Shown here: piece by piece, positions 37,817-46,581 of the stretch
Numbering within the stretch: the first letter of the stretch is position 1
Layout: every line of letters begins with the position of its first letter
From: Gemmatimonadota bacterium
GTDB lineage: Bacteria > Gemmatimonadota > Gemmatimonadetes > Gemmatimonadales > GWC2-71-9
NCBI GenBank assembly: GCA_003221005.1
Contig: QHTZ01000085.1
Location: 1-47,628 of the forward strand
Length of the DNA stretch: 47,628 nt
Reading direction: 5' to 3'
Program-made: the position numbers and the translations under genes
The notes under the pieces: model-generated
Told to the model about the DNA's origin: nothing
What the model saw: the letters and a program-made list of their open reading frames with translations, nothing else
The model's database searches: none

Positions 37817-39022
37817 ATGGCACCCGTGTTCGAATTCGTTATCGAAGCCACCTCTGGCTCCGCCCGCGCCGGGCGGCTGACCCTGCCCCATGGCAGCGTC
37901 GAGACGCCGGCCTTCATGCCGGTCGGCACCCAGGGCACCGTGCGCGCGCTCTCGCCCCAGGACCTGCGTGCGGTGGGCGCGGAGCTCGTGCTCGCGAACA
38001 CCTATCACTTGCACATCCGGCCCGGCGAGACTGTGGTGGCGAAGCTCGGCGGGCTGCACCGCTTCATGGGGTGGGATCGCCCGCTGCTCACCGATTCCGG
38101 CGGCTTCCAGGTCTTCTCGCTCGAAGGGTTCCGGCGCGTGAGCGAGGACGGCGTGGAGTTTCAGAGTCACGTGGACGGCAGCCGTCACACTCTCACCCCC
38201 GAGCGCGCGGTCGAAGTCCAGTGGACGCTGGGCGCCGACGTCGCGATGGCGTTCGATCACGTGGTGCCTGGGGGAGCGGACGTCGCCACCGCCAGGGACG
38301 CCCTCGAACGCACGTTGCGATGGTTGGAGCGGTGCGCCGGCAAGCACGCAGAGCTGAAGGCGTCACACGACGCCACGACGCCACGCTCCACGGACCCACT
38401 CGGCGACAACGTGCAACGTGGCGACGTGGCGTCGTGCAACCAGACTCTCTGGCCCATCCTTCAGGGCGGCGCACACCTCGAGCTCCGCACCGAAGGCGTG
38501 CGGCGTATCCTGGAGCTCGGCCCCTGGACCGGTCTCGCCATCGGCGGCTTGTCGGTCGGGGAGCCGAAGGCGGTGATGTTCGGAGTTTTGGATGCGCTCG
38601 CGCCGGCGCTGCCGCCGGCATTGCCGCGTTATCTTATGGGCGTCGGGTTCCCCGGCGATCTGGTGGCGGCCGTGGAACGCGGGATGGATCTGTTCGACTG
38701 CGTCGCACCCACCCGCAACGGGCGCAATGGGTCAGCGTTCACGCCGGACGGCGCGGTGAACATCCGCAACGCCGAGTACCGGGAGGACCCGCGGCCGCTC
38801 GACGCGACGTGCGACTGCGAGACGTGCACCACGTTCTCGCGCGGCTACCTCCGCCATCTCTTCGTAGCTGAGGAGCTGCTGGGGCTGCGGTTGTTGTCGC
38901 TGCACAACGTGCGTTTCCTGATCCGGCTCGCCGCCGAGATGCGCGCGGCCATCCGGGCGGGAGACTTCCAGCGGTGGGTGGCCGAGTGGCGCCACCGCTA
39001 CACTCGAACGGGATCCGCCTGA
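37817..39022 (+). CDS. tgt: tRNA-guanine transglycosylase
   Basis: FMPVGT, NTYHL, TDSGGFQ, GGLSVGE, YLMGVG, FDC..PTR, CDC..C, HN. Confidence 0.97.
   Translation: MAPVFEFVIEATSGSARAGRLTLPHGSVETPAFMPVGTQGTVRALSPQDLRAVGAELVLANTYHLHIRPGETVVAKLGGLHRFMGWDRPLLTDSGGFQVFSLEGFRRVSEDGVEFQSHVDGSRHTLTPERAVEVQWTLGADVAMAFDHVVPGGADVATARDALERTLRWLERCAGKHAELKASHDATTPRSTDPLGDNVQRGDVASCNQTLWPILQGGAHLELRTEGVRRILELGPWTGLAIGGLSVGEPKAVMFGVLDALAPALPPALPRYLMGVGFPGDLVAAVERGMDLFDCVAPTRNGRNGSAFTPDGAVNIRNAEYREDPRPLDATCDCETCTTFSRGYLRHLFVAEELLGLRLLSLHNVRFLIRLAAEMRAAIRAGDFQRWVAEWRHRYTRTGSA
38366..38436. repeat. In-frame inverted repeat of 8-mer CACGACGC units inside tgt
   Basis: 38366-38385 pairs with 38417-38436 (19/20), 31-nt loop. 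Confidence 0.88.
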
Positions 39023-39024
39023 TC

Positions 39025-39360
39025 ATGCACCCTGCGCTCACATTGCTGTTCGCTCCCGCCGGCCAGACCGGCGGCGGAGGCATCGCCGTCTTCGTGCTCC
39101 AGATCGGGGCCTTCGTCGCGATCTTCTACTTCCTGCTCATTCGCCCGCAGCGCAAGCAGCAGGCCGAGCACCGCCAGCTGCTCGCATCCCTCCAGAAAGG
39201 GGATCACGTGGTGACGTCGGGCGGTATCATCGGCGAGGTGATTCATCTGAAGGAAAACGAGGTGACGATCAAGTCAGGCGAGTCGCGGCTCGTGGTGATG
39301 CGCACCAACGTCGCGAACATCCTCAAGCGGCCCGCGGCCGCCGAGGCGAAGCAGGCGTGA
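39025..39360 (+). CDS. yajC: Preprotein translocase subunit
   Basis: FYFLLIRPQRK, L.KGD.VVTSGGIIG. Confidence 0.95.
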   Translation: MHPALTLLFAPAGQTGGGGIAVFVLQIGAFVAIFYFLLIRPQRKQQAEHRQLLASLQKGDHVVTSGGIIGEVIHLKENEVTIKSGESRLVVMRTNVANILKRPAAAEAKQA

Positions 39361-39905
39361 CGGTCCGGCAGCTCCACCTGCTCGGCTCGCCCGTCCTTCG
39401 CAAGCGGGCTCAGGCCGTTCCGCAGGTGGACGACGCGGTCCGCCGGCTCGTGGACGACCTCTTCGAGACGATGCGCGCGGCGAAGGGCGTCGGGCTTGCC
39501 GCACCGCAGGTCGGCGTGTCGCAGCGGGTGGCCGTCGTGGATGTCGGCGAGGAGTTCCCGCCGCCGCTCGTGCTGATCAATCCCCGCATCGTCGAAGCGA
39601 GCGGCGAGCCCGAAGTCGCCGAGGAAGGCTGCCTCTCTATCCCCGAGATCTTCGGTGAGGTGGACCGCTCCCCGAGCGTCGCGCTCGAGGCCCTGGACCG
39701 GGAGGGCAAGCCGTACCGCGTCGTCGTCACGGGCTTCAAGGCACGCGCGGTGCAGCACGAGATCGATCACCTCGACGGCATCCTGTTCCTCGACCGGCTG
39801 AGCGCCGTGAAGCGCGGCCTGCTGCTCGCCAAGTGGAAGAAACTCCGCAAGGGAACGACCGGCTATCTGAAGGAGGTGACGCCGCAGCCGGCGGGCGAAC
39901 TCTAG
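39357..39905 (+). CDS. def: Peptide deformylase
   Basis: GVGLAAPQVG, EGCLS, QHEIDHLDG. Confidence 0.97.
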   Translation: MTVRQLHLLGSPVLRKRAQAVPQVDDAVRRLVDDLFETMRAAKGVGLAAPQVGVSQRVAVVDVGEEFPPPLVLINPRIVEASGEPEVAEEGCLSIPEIFGEVDRSPSVALEALDREGKPYRVVVTGFKARAVQHEIDHLDGILFLDRLSAVKRGLLLAKWKKLRKGTTGYLKEVTPQPAGEL

Positions 39906-40829
39906 ATGCGGGTCGTCTTCTTCGGCACCCCCGAATTCGCAGTCCCGTCACTCGAAGCCCTGCTGGGCGAGGGGTTCGACGTGCTGGCGGCGGTGACACA
40001 GCCCGACCGCCCGCGGGGACGGTCTCGCTCGACGCCACAGCCCCCGCCGGTGAAGGTCGCCGCGGAAGAGGAAGACGTACCCGTGCTGCAACCGGAGCGG
40101 CCGACCGACCCGACATTCGTCGCGCGCCTGCGCGCGCTGGCGCCCGACATCGGGGTCGTGGTGGCATACGGCCACATCCTGAAGCCGGACTTGCTCGCGA
40201 TCCCGAGGCAGGGCATGGTGAACGTACACCCTTCCCTGCTCCCCGAGCTGCGCGGCGCGGCGCCGATCGCGTGGGCGATCATCAACGGACTCGAGAAGAC
40301 CGGTGTTACCATCATGCAGCTCGACGCCGGCATGGACTCAGGCCCCATCCTGCATCAAATCCCGGAGGACCTGCCGGCCGACATCACCGGTGGCGAGCTG
40401 TCGCTGCATCTCGCCGAAGTCGGCGCCGAGGCGCTGGTTGAGGCCCTGGCCCGGCTGGCGCAGGGAGCTATCCAGCCGCGGCCGCAGGACCACGCCCGTG
40501 CCACGTACGCGCCCAAAGTCACGCGCGAGACGGCACGCATCGACTGGACCGCGCCAGCGGAGCGCGTCGCCCGGCTGATCCGCGGTCTCGATCCCAAGCC
40601 GGGCGCGTGGACCGAGCTCGAGGGCAGATCGGTGAAGCTGTTCGGAGCGGCGGCTACGGAGGGACACGGCGCTCCCGGCGAAGTGCTGCGCGCCGACGGG
40701 ACACTCGTGCTCGCCACGGGGGAGGGCGCCGTGACGGTCGAAGACGTCCAGCCCGAGGGCAAGGAGCGGATGCCCAGCGCGGACTGGGTGCGCGGGCGTG
40801 GCGTGCAGACCGGCCGCCGGTTTCGGTGA
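39906..40829 (+). CDS. fmt: Methionyl-tRNA formyltransferase
   Basis: FFGTPEFA, TQPDRP, NVHPSLLP.LRGAAPI, DAGMDSG. Confidence 0.97.
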   Translation: MRVVFFGTPEFAVPSLEALLGEGFDVLAAVTQPDRPRGRSRSTPQPPPVKVAAEEEDVPVLQPERPTDPTFVARLRALAPDIGVVVAYGHILKPDLLAIPRQGMVNVHPSLLPELRGAAPIAWAIINGLEKTGVTIMQLDAGMDSGPILHQIPEDLPADITGGELSLHLAEVGAEALVEALARLAQGAIQPRPQDHARATYAPKVTRETARIDWTAPAERVARLIRGLDPKPGAWTELEGRSVKLFGAAATEGHGAPGEVLRADGTLVLATGEGAVTVEDVQPEGKERMPSADWVRGRGVQTGRRFR

Positions 40830-41440
40830 GGCCGCCGCTCCCCTGCCTGCACGCGGTCACCGACGAACGGATCGCCCGCCGGCCGGACCTCAGCGCCGTC
40901 GCCGCAGAGCTCGCGGCCGGCGGCGGGGCGGCCATCGCATTCCACGCCCGGGGACGCGGCCTCTCGGGGCTAGAGCATTATGAGTTAGCCGTCCGATTGA
41001 CGGACCGTCCGACCGTCCAGCTGTTCGTGAACGACCGCCTCGACATCGCGCTCGCGTGCGGCGCCACTGGCGTCCAGCTCGGCGCGGGGAGTGTCGATCC
41101 TGGGGACGCCCGCCGACTCGAGCCCCGGTGGTGGATCGGCCGTTCGGTTCATGACCTGGCAGAGGCGACGGCCGCGCGGAACGCGGGGGCCGACTATCTT
41201 TTACTGGGACCCGTGTTCCGGACGGCGACCCATCCCGGACGGGAGCCGCTCGATCCCGGGACGGTTTCCGCGGTGGTGGCGCTCGGGCTGCCGGTCATCG
41301 CGATTGGCGGAGTGACGCCTGGACGCGCGATGGAGCTGAAGGCGGCCGGAGTCCACGGAGTGGCGGCGATCCGGGCGCTGTGGGACGCGGACGATCCCGC
41401 ACGAGCCGCCCGCCGCTTGTTGCAGGAGTTGGACGCATGA
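40826..41440 (+). CDS. thiE: Thiamine-phosphate synthase/TenI family
   Basis: VNDRLDIA, GRSVH, ADY...GPVF.TATHP, AIGG; GTGA overlap with fmt. Confidence 0.85.
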   Translation: MRPPLPCLHAVTDERIARRPDLSAVAAELAAGGGAAIAFHARGRGLSGLEHYELAVRLTDRPTVQLFVNDRLDIALACGATGVQLGAGSVDPGDARRLEPRWWIGRSVHDLAEATAARNAGADYLLLGPVFRTATHPGREPLDPGTVSAVVALGLPVIAIGGVTPGRAMELKAAGVHGVAAIRALWDADDPARAARRLLQELDA

Positions 41441-41581
41441 ATGCAACGGTCAGCGTAGTCGTGAACGGCGAGCCCCGAGCCGGAGCACAATCGCCGGATC
41501 GTGCGCCGGCCCGCGCTCGGGGACGTGCGCGTGGCGCCCGGTGACGCGATCGAGCTCGTGCACTTCGTGGGAGGCGGCTGA
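41437..41581 (+). pseudogene. thiS: Sulfur carrier ThiS with internal deletion/frameshift
   Basis: MNATVSVVVNGEPRA in one frame; EHNRRIVRR...GDAIELVHFVGGG* in the +1 frame from 41483; only about 47 codons remain. Confidence 0.85.
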
Positions 41582-41584
41582 GCG

Positions 41585-42382
41585 ATGGCGACGGCGGTGG
41601 AAGTGGTGAAGGATACGCCGTTCAGGATCAGCGGCCGGACGTTCCGGTCCCGCCTGATGGTGGGCACGGGGAAGTATCGCGACAACCCGACGATGGTGCA
41701 CGCCATCGAGGCCTCCGGCGCGGAGATCGTCACGGTCGCCGTGCGGCGAGTGAGCCTCGACCGTACGAAGGAAGAGGGCGTCCTCTATCATCTCGATGCG
41801 ACGCGGTTGTTCCTGCTCGCCAACACCGCCGGCTGCTACACCGCGGAGGATGCCATTCGGTACGCGCGGCTCGCGCGCGAGGCAGGATTCAACGACTTCG
41901 TGAAGCTCGAGGTGATCGGAGACCAGGAGACCCTGCTGCCAGACACGCAGGGATTGCTCCAGGCCGCCCGCACGCTGGTGAAGGATGGCTTCAAGGTGCT
42001 CGCGTACACGAACGAAGATCTGGTTACGGCGCTGCGGCTCGAAGACGCCGGTGTCGCCGCCGTGATGCCTCTCGCCTCGCCCATCGGCAGCGGGTTGGGG
42101 CTGCTCAATCCGTACAGCGTCCGCCTCATCAAGCGCCGGCTTCAGGTCCCCGTGGTGGTGGATGCAGGCGTCGGGACGGCGTCCGACGCCTGCATCACGA
42201 TGGAACAGGGCGTCGACGGCATCCTCATGAACACCGCGCTCGCCGCCGCGCAGGAGCCCGTGGCCATGGCTCACGCAATGCGTCTCGCCGTTGAGGCGGG
42301 GCGCGCCGCGTTCCTCGCGGGCCGCATGCCGCGCCGCGAGATCGCGATGCCGTCCTCCCCGCTCGGGGGGATGCTGGATTAA
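41585..42382 (+). CDS. thiG: Thiazole synthase
   Basis: SRLMVGTGKY, NTAGC, KLEV, MPLASPIGSG, VDAGVG. Confidence 0.97.
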   Translation: MATAVEVVKDTPFRISGRTFRSRLMVGTGKYRDNPTMVHAIEASGAEIVTVAVRRVSLDRTKEEGVLYHLDATRLFLLANTAGCYTAEDAIRYARLAREAGFNDFVKLEVIGDQETLLPDTQGLLQAARTLVKDGFKVLAYTNEDLVTALRLEDAGVAAVMPLASPIGSGLGLLNPYSVRLIKRRLQVPVVVDAGVGTASDACITMEQGVDGILMNTALAAAQEPVAMAHAMRLAVEAGRAAFLAGRMPRREIAMPSSPLGGMLD

Positions 42383-43658
42383 GGAAGTCACCGCCGCGCG
42401 GCGCGCGGCGCTCGAGATCCTCAAACAGGTGGATGCCGGCGCCACCTTCGCGGTGGCGCGCGACCGCCAGCTCGGCGCCCTGGCGGCGCGCGACCGCCGG
42501 CTCGCCTACGAGCTCGCGGCCGGCGTGCTGCGCCGGCGCGCCGAGCTCGACCGGCTGCTGCCTGTTGCGAGTGTCGATCCCCGCCTGCGCGACATCCTGC
42601 GGCTCGGTGCCTACCAGCTGCGCCGTCTCACCCGCGTGCCGGCCTACGCGGCCGTCACCACGAGTGTCGCGCTCGCCCGCGAGGTCGGAGGGGAGCGTGC
42701 GGCGGGGTACGTCAACCGGCTGTTGCGCGACATGGCCCGGGATGCGAGAAGCGAGATGCGGGATGCGAGGGGCTCGCATCCCGAGTGGCTGGCGCAGCGG
42801 TGGCGAACGCGCTTTGGGCCCGACGAAGCGGCGCGTCTCATGGCACGGAACGACGTGCGGCCTGCGCTGACCCTGCAACCGGCACGCTGGGACGCCGGCA
42901 CGTTGCGCGAGCACCTCCGCGCAGCCGGATTCGGGGTAGAAGAAGCGCCGTACGGAGCGGGATTGAGAGTGATCACCGGACCCAACGCATCCCGCATCCC
43001 GCATCCCGCGCAGGTTCCGGGGTTCACCGAAGGTGGGTTTATCGTGCAGGACTCCTCCGCCGCCCTCGTCTGCCGCTTCGCCGGAGCGCCCGCGGGGGCG
43101 CTCGTGTACGACGCGTGCGCGGCCCCGGGAGGCAAGGCCGTGGCACTCGAGCGGCTGGGGGCGCGGGTGGTGGCGGGGGACGCGCGCCGCGACCGCGTCG
43201 GGACGCTCGCCGCGACCGCGCGACGCGCCGGAGTGGCGGTCCGCGTGATCGTCGCCGATCTTGTGACCGCGCCGCTGCCGGCGGGCCTGCCGGACGTCGT
43301 GCTGCTCGACGCGCCCTGCACCGCCACCGGGACGATGGCGCGCCACCCTGATGCGCGTTGGCGCCTGTCGTCGCGCCGGCTGGCCCGCGCCGCGGCGCGG
43401 CAGCGCGAGCTGCTCGACCATGCCGCGGCGCTGGTGCGGCCGGGAGGCTGGCTGGTGTACGCCACCTGTTCACTCGAACCGGAGGAGAACGTCGCTCAAG
43501 TGACAGCTTTGCTGGAGCGCCGGCGGGACTTCCGGCGCGACCCGCCGCACGCGACGGTGCCGGACGAGCTGGTGACGGACGCGGGGGACTTCGAGTCGCT
43601 CCCGCACCGTCATGGGATCGACGGCGCGTACGCGGCGCGGCTCCGGAGGGCGGGCTGA
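42378..43658 (+). CDS. rsmB: 16S rRNA m5C967 methyltransferase (start uncertain)
   Basis: NusB-like N-terminus, SHPEWL, VQD, CAAPGGK, DAPCTATG, YATCSLEPEEN. Confidence 0.88.
   Translation: MKEVTAARRAALEILKQVDAGATFAVARDRQLGALAARDRRLAYELAAGVLRRRAELDRLLPVASVDPRLRDILRLGAYQLRRLTRVPAYAAVTTSVALAREVGGERAAGYVNRLLRDMARDARSEMRDARGSHPEWLAQRWRTRFGPDEAARLMARNDVRPALTLQPARWDAGTLREHLRAAGFGVEEAPYGAGLRVITGPNASRIPHPAQVPGFTEGGFIVQDSSAALVCRFAGAPAGALVYDACAAPGGKAVALERLGARVVAGDARRDRVGTLAATARRAGVAVRVIVADLVTAPLPAGLPDVVLLDAPCTATGTMARHPDARWRLSSRRLARAAARQRELLDHAAALVRPGGWLVYATCSLEPEENVAQVTALLERRRDFRRDPPHATVPDELVTDAGDFESLPHRHGIDGAYAARLRRAG
42738..43008. repeat. Heptamer arrays (CGRGAWG)x4-5 at 42738-42772 and complementary (CGCATCC)x3 at 42986-43006 inside rsmB
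   Basis: Read directly; the two arrays are reverse complements, about 215 bp apart. Confidence 0.85.
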
Positions 43659-44431
43659 TGCGGGTGCGCCGCCACTTGCCGCCACTCGATCAGTGGCGGC
43701 TGCCAGTTGGGATCGAGCGCGACGCCGCCAAGCGCTGGACGCTCTATGTCGCGAGCGCCGTGCTCGCGGGCTATCTGACGGCGTATCTGATCGTGTTCCC
43801 CGCACCGCTGCTGCACGGGCACGACGTGGTGCCGCGCGTGGTGGGGCTTACCGTCACGGAAGCCTCAGGTGAGATCCAGAAGGCGGGACTCCAGGTCCAG
43901 GACGGGGGCGCGGAGCCCGATCCGACGACGCCGCAGGGCACGGTGATCTGGCAGGATCCTCCTGCCGGCGTGAGTGCTCCAGCCGGTTTGCGGGTGACCC
44001 TGGTGTCGAGCGACGGACCGCCCAAGATTCCGGTACCCGACGTGTCGGGCCTCGAGGGCGGGCTGAGCCAACGGTTGCTCGCGGCGGCCGGCCTCGCGGC
44101 GGCGGCGGTGGAGTCGGTGCAGGCTGCGTCACCTCCCGGAATCACGATGCTGACGCGCCCGCCGGCGGGGAGTCTGCTCGCGCCCGGGGCAGCGGTGACC
44201 GTGGTGGTGAGCCGCGGCGCGCCGACGATCCCCGTCCCGGATGTGCTGGGGATGTCGCAGGCCGACGCGCGTACGCGGGTCGAACTGGAGGGGCTACAGC
44301 TCGGGACGGTGACGCGGCGGCGGACCGCGGGTGCCAACCCGGGCACGGTGGTGGCGCAGAAGCCCGCGGCGGGGACCCTGGCTGCGCCCGGCACGGTCGT
44401 GGACATCGTTGTCGCTCGGAGCCCGCAATGA
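43658..44431 (+). CDS. Membrane-anchored PASTA-domain protein (3 PASTA, no kinase)
   Basis: TM followed by three VP.V.G...Q.P.AG repeats. Confidence 0.88.
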   Translation: MRVRRHLPPLDQWRLPVGIERDAAKRWTLYVASAVLAGYLTAYLIVFPAPLLHGHDVVPRVVGLTVTEASGEIQKAGLQVQDGGAEPDPTTPQGTVIWQDPPAGVSAPAGLRVTLVSSDGPPKIPVPDVSGLEGGLSQRLLAAAGLAAAAVESVQAASPPGITMLTRPPAGSLLAPGAAVTVVVSRGAPTIPVPDVLGMSQADARTRVELEGLQLGTVTRRRTAGANPGTVVAQKPAAGTLAAPGTVVDIVVARSPQ

Positions 44432-45099
44432 CCAACGGCATTCGCATCGCCCCCAGCATCTTGAGCGCGGACCTCACCCGGCTCGCGCAGCAGGTCGAGC
44501 AGGTCGTGGCCGGCGGCGCCGACTGGCTGCACGTGGACGTGATGGACGGGCGCTTCGTCCCGAACCTGACGTTCGGCGCGAATATGGTCGAGGCCCTGCG
44601 CAAGCTGAGCGACAAGCCCCTCGACGTGCACCTGATGGTGGTCGAACCCGAGCGCTACATCGACCGGTTCGCGGACGCCGGCGCGTCGGTGTTCACCTTC
44701 CACCCGGAGGTGTCCCCGCACGCGCAGCGCCACCTCGTGCACTGCAAGAGTCGAGGCATGATGGCGGGGCTCGCCCTCAACCCCAGCACGCCGCTCTCGA
44801 TGGTCGAGGAAGTGGTGGCGGATCTCGACCTGCTGCTCATCATGACGGTCAATCCCGGCTTCGGCGGACAGTCGTACATCCCGGCTTCGAACGACAAGAT
44901 CCGGCGGGCGCGCGAGCTGTTGAACGCGCGGGGCTCACGCGCGTTCCTCGAGGTGGACGGTGGCATTTCCCGCCAGACGATCGCGGCGGCGCACGCGGCC
45001 GGTGCGGACACGTTCGTGGCGGGGAATGCGGTGTTCGCGAGCGCCGATCCGGCGCGCGAGGTACAGGAGCTGCGCCGCCGCTGCCTGGTCACGGTATGA
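44428..45099 (+). CDS. rpe: Ribulose-phosphate 3-epimerase
   Basis: IAPSILSAD, HVDVMDG.FVPN, DVHLM, MTVNPGFGGQ, EVDGG. Confidence 0.97.
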   Translation: MTNGIRIAPSILSADLTRLAQQVEQVVAGGADWLHVDVMDGRFVPNLTFGANMVEALRKLSDKPLDVHLMVVEPERYIDRFADAGASVFTFHPEVSPHAQRHLVHCKSRGMMAGLALNPSTPLSMVEEVVADLDLLLIMTVNPGFGGQSYIPASNDKIRRARELLNARGSRAFLEVDGGISRQTIAAAHAAGADTFVAGNAVFASADPAREVQELRRRCLVTV

Positions 45100-45632
45100 C
45101 GAGCGCGCGCCAATGGAGCCTGGTCGCGGGCGCGACGATGACCGTCGTGTTCGGCGTCGCGCTCGCGATCAAGCTCCGCCCCCAGCTCGACCTGATCGGA
45201 CCCGGCTCGCGCACTCCCGACTTTCGCATCGTGAACGCGCGCACCGGCCAGCCCGCGTCCCTCGCGGACTACCGCGGGAAGGTCGTGCTCCTCAACATCT
45301 GGGCGACCTGGTGCGACCCCTGCCGCCTCGAGATGCCCTCGATGGAGAAGCTCAGCGAGCACCTCAAGGGGAGCGACTTCCGCGTCGTCGCCGTGAGCGT
45401 GGATCGGGACGGGCCGGACGTTGTGATGAAGTTCGTGAACGACCTCGGCCTCCACTTCGACATCCTGCAGGATCGCTCGGGGGCGATCCGCCAGACGCTG
45501 CAGACGACGGGCGTGCCAGAGAGCTTCGTGATCGACCGCGACGGCATCATCATCAAGAAGGTCATCGGCGCCGAGCAGTGGGACGCCCCGGTGAACGAGG
45601 CCCTCATACGGACGCTGCTCGATGGCCGGTAG
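45096..45632 (+). CDS. TlpA/ResA-like thiol-disulfide oxidoreductase
   Basis: N-terminal TM; NIWATWCDPCRLEMP; GVPESFVID. Confidence 0.92.
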   Translation: MTSARQWSLVAGATMTVVFGVALAIKLRPQLDLIGPGSRTPDFRIVNARTGQPASLADYRGKVVLLNIWATWCDPCRLEMPSMEKLSEHLKGSDFRVVAVSVDRDGPDVVMKFVNDLGLHFDILQDRSGAIRQTLQTTGVPESFVIDRDGIIIKKVIGAEQWDAPVNEALIRTLLDGR

Positions 45633-46581
45633 CTTCGGCCAGCTGTTCCTGCGCAACTGGCCGATCAAGCTCGCGGCCCTGTTCTTCGCCGTGATGCTGT
45701 ACGTCGCGGTCGCCGCGCAGCAGCCCGTCACCCAGACGCTCATGCTGCGGCTCGAGGTCCTGGGGCCCCCCGGCCGGCCGATCAAGCAGCAGCCGGGCGC
45801 TGTGGCCGTGCTGATCAGCGGCAAGGGCGGCGAGCTGCTGAAGCTCCGCTCCCTCCCCCGCGTGATCACCAAAGTGCTCCCCGACACGTTCTCCGGGTCG
45901 GTGTGGCACTGGCGGGTGCAGCCCTCCGACGTGCCGATCCCCAAGGGCGTGGACGTCCTCGTGGCCGATATCACGCCGCGGGACATCGAGGTGACGCTTG
46001 ACTCCGCCGCGCACAAAGACGTGCGCGTGGTCTCTCGCGTCACCGTGCAGGCCGATTCCGGCTTCCTCATCCAGGGGCTCGCCGTGCTACCGAGCACGGC
46101 GCAGCTGCTGGGGCCCGCGAAGAGCGTCGCGGCCATCGACTCGGTGGTGACGGTGGTCGCCACGATCGCCAGCGTGAGCGGACCGTTCTTCCACACCGTG
46201 CCGATCGACACGGGCCTGCTCGGCCCGGTGCGGGTCCTGCCGAGGGAGGTACGGGTCTCGGGCGAGGTCACGCCGCTGCTGCAACGCAGCTTCACGGGCG
46301 TCGTCGTGACGACCGCGGCCTCGGGGTTCACCGGGTTCAGCCTGGCGACCGAGCGCGTGGTCGTGGAGGTCTCGGGCCCGGAGAAGCGGGTGCAGGCCCT
46401 GACGCGCGACAGTCTGCGGGTCGTCGCCCACGTCGTCGGGCGCGGGTCGCCGGCCCCGTACGCGCGCCTCACCGTGGCCACGCCGGCCGGCATCACCGCC
46501 CGGGCGGTGCCCGACTCGGTGGCGCTCAAGCCGGCTCCTCCCAAGCCGGCTCCTCCCAAACGGAAGCCCGGCCGTGGCTGA
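45622..46581 (+). CDS. YbbR/CdaR-like membrane protein
   Basis: NWPIKLAALFFA.ML TM; repeated P..V...GP YbbR-type beta domains. Confidence 0.75.
   Translation: MAGSFGQLFLRNWPIKLAALFFAVMLYVAVAAQQPVTQTLMLRLEVLGPPGRPIKQQPGAVAVLISGKGGELLKLRSLPRVITKVLPDTFSGSVWHWRVQPSDVPIPKGVDVLVADITPRDIEVTLDSAAHKDVRVVSRVTVQADSGFLIQGLAVLPSTAQLLGPAKSVAAIDSVVTVVATIASVSGPFFHTVPIDTGLLGPVRVLPREVRVSGEVTPLLQRSFTGVVVTTAASGFTGFSLATERVVVEVSGPEKRVQALTRDSLRVVAHVVGRGSPAPYARLTVATPAGITARAVPDSVALKPAPPKPAPPKRKPGRG

Noticed and set aside
46527-46559. 15-bp tandem duplication (KPAPPKPAPPK)
   Set aside because: In-frame slippage in a disordered C-terminal tail; unremarkable.
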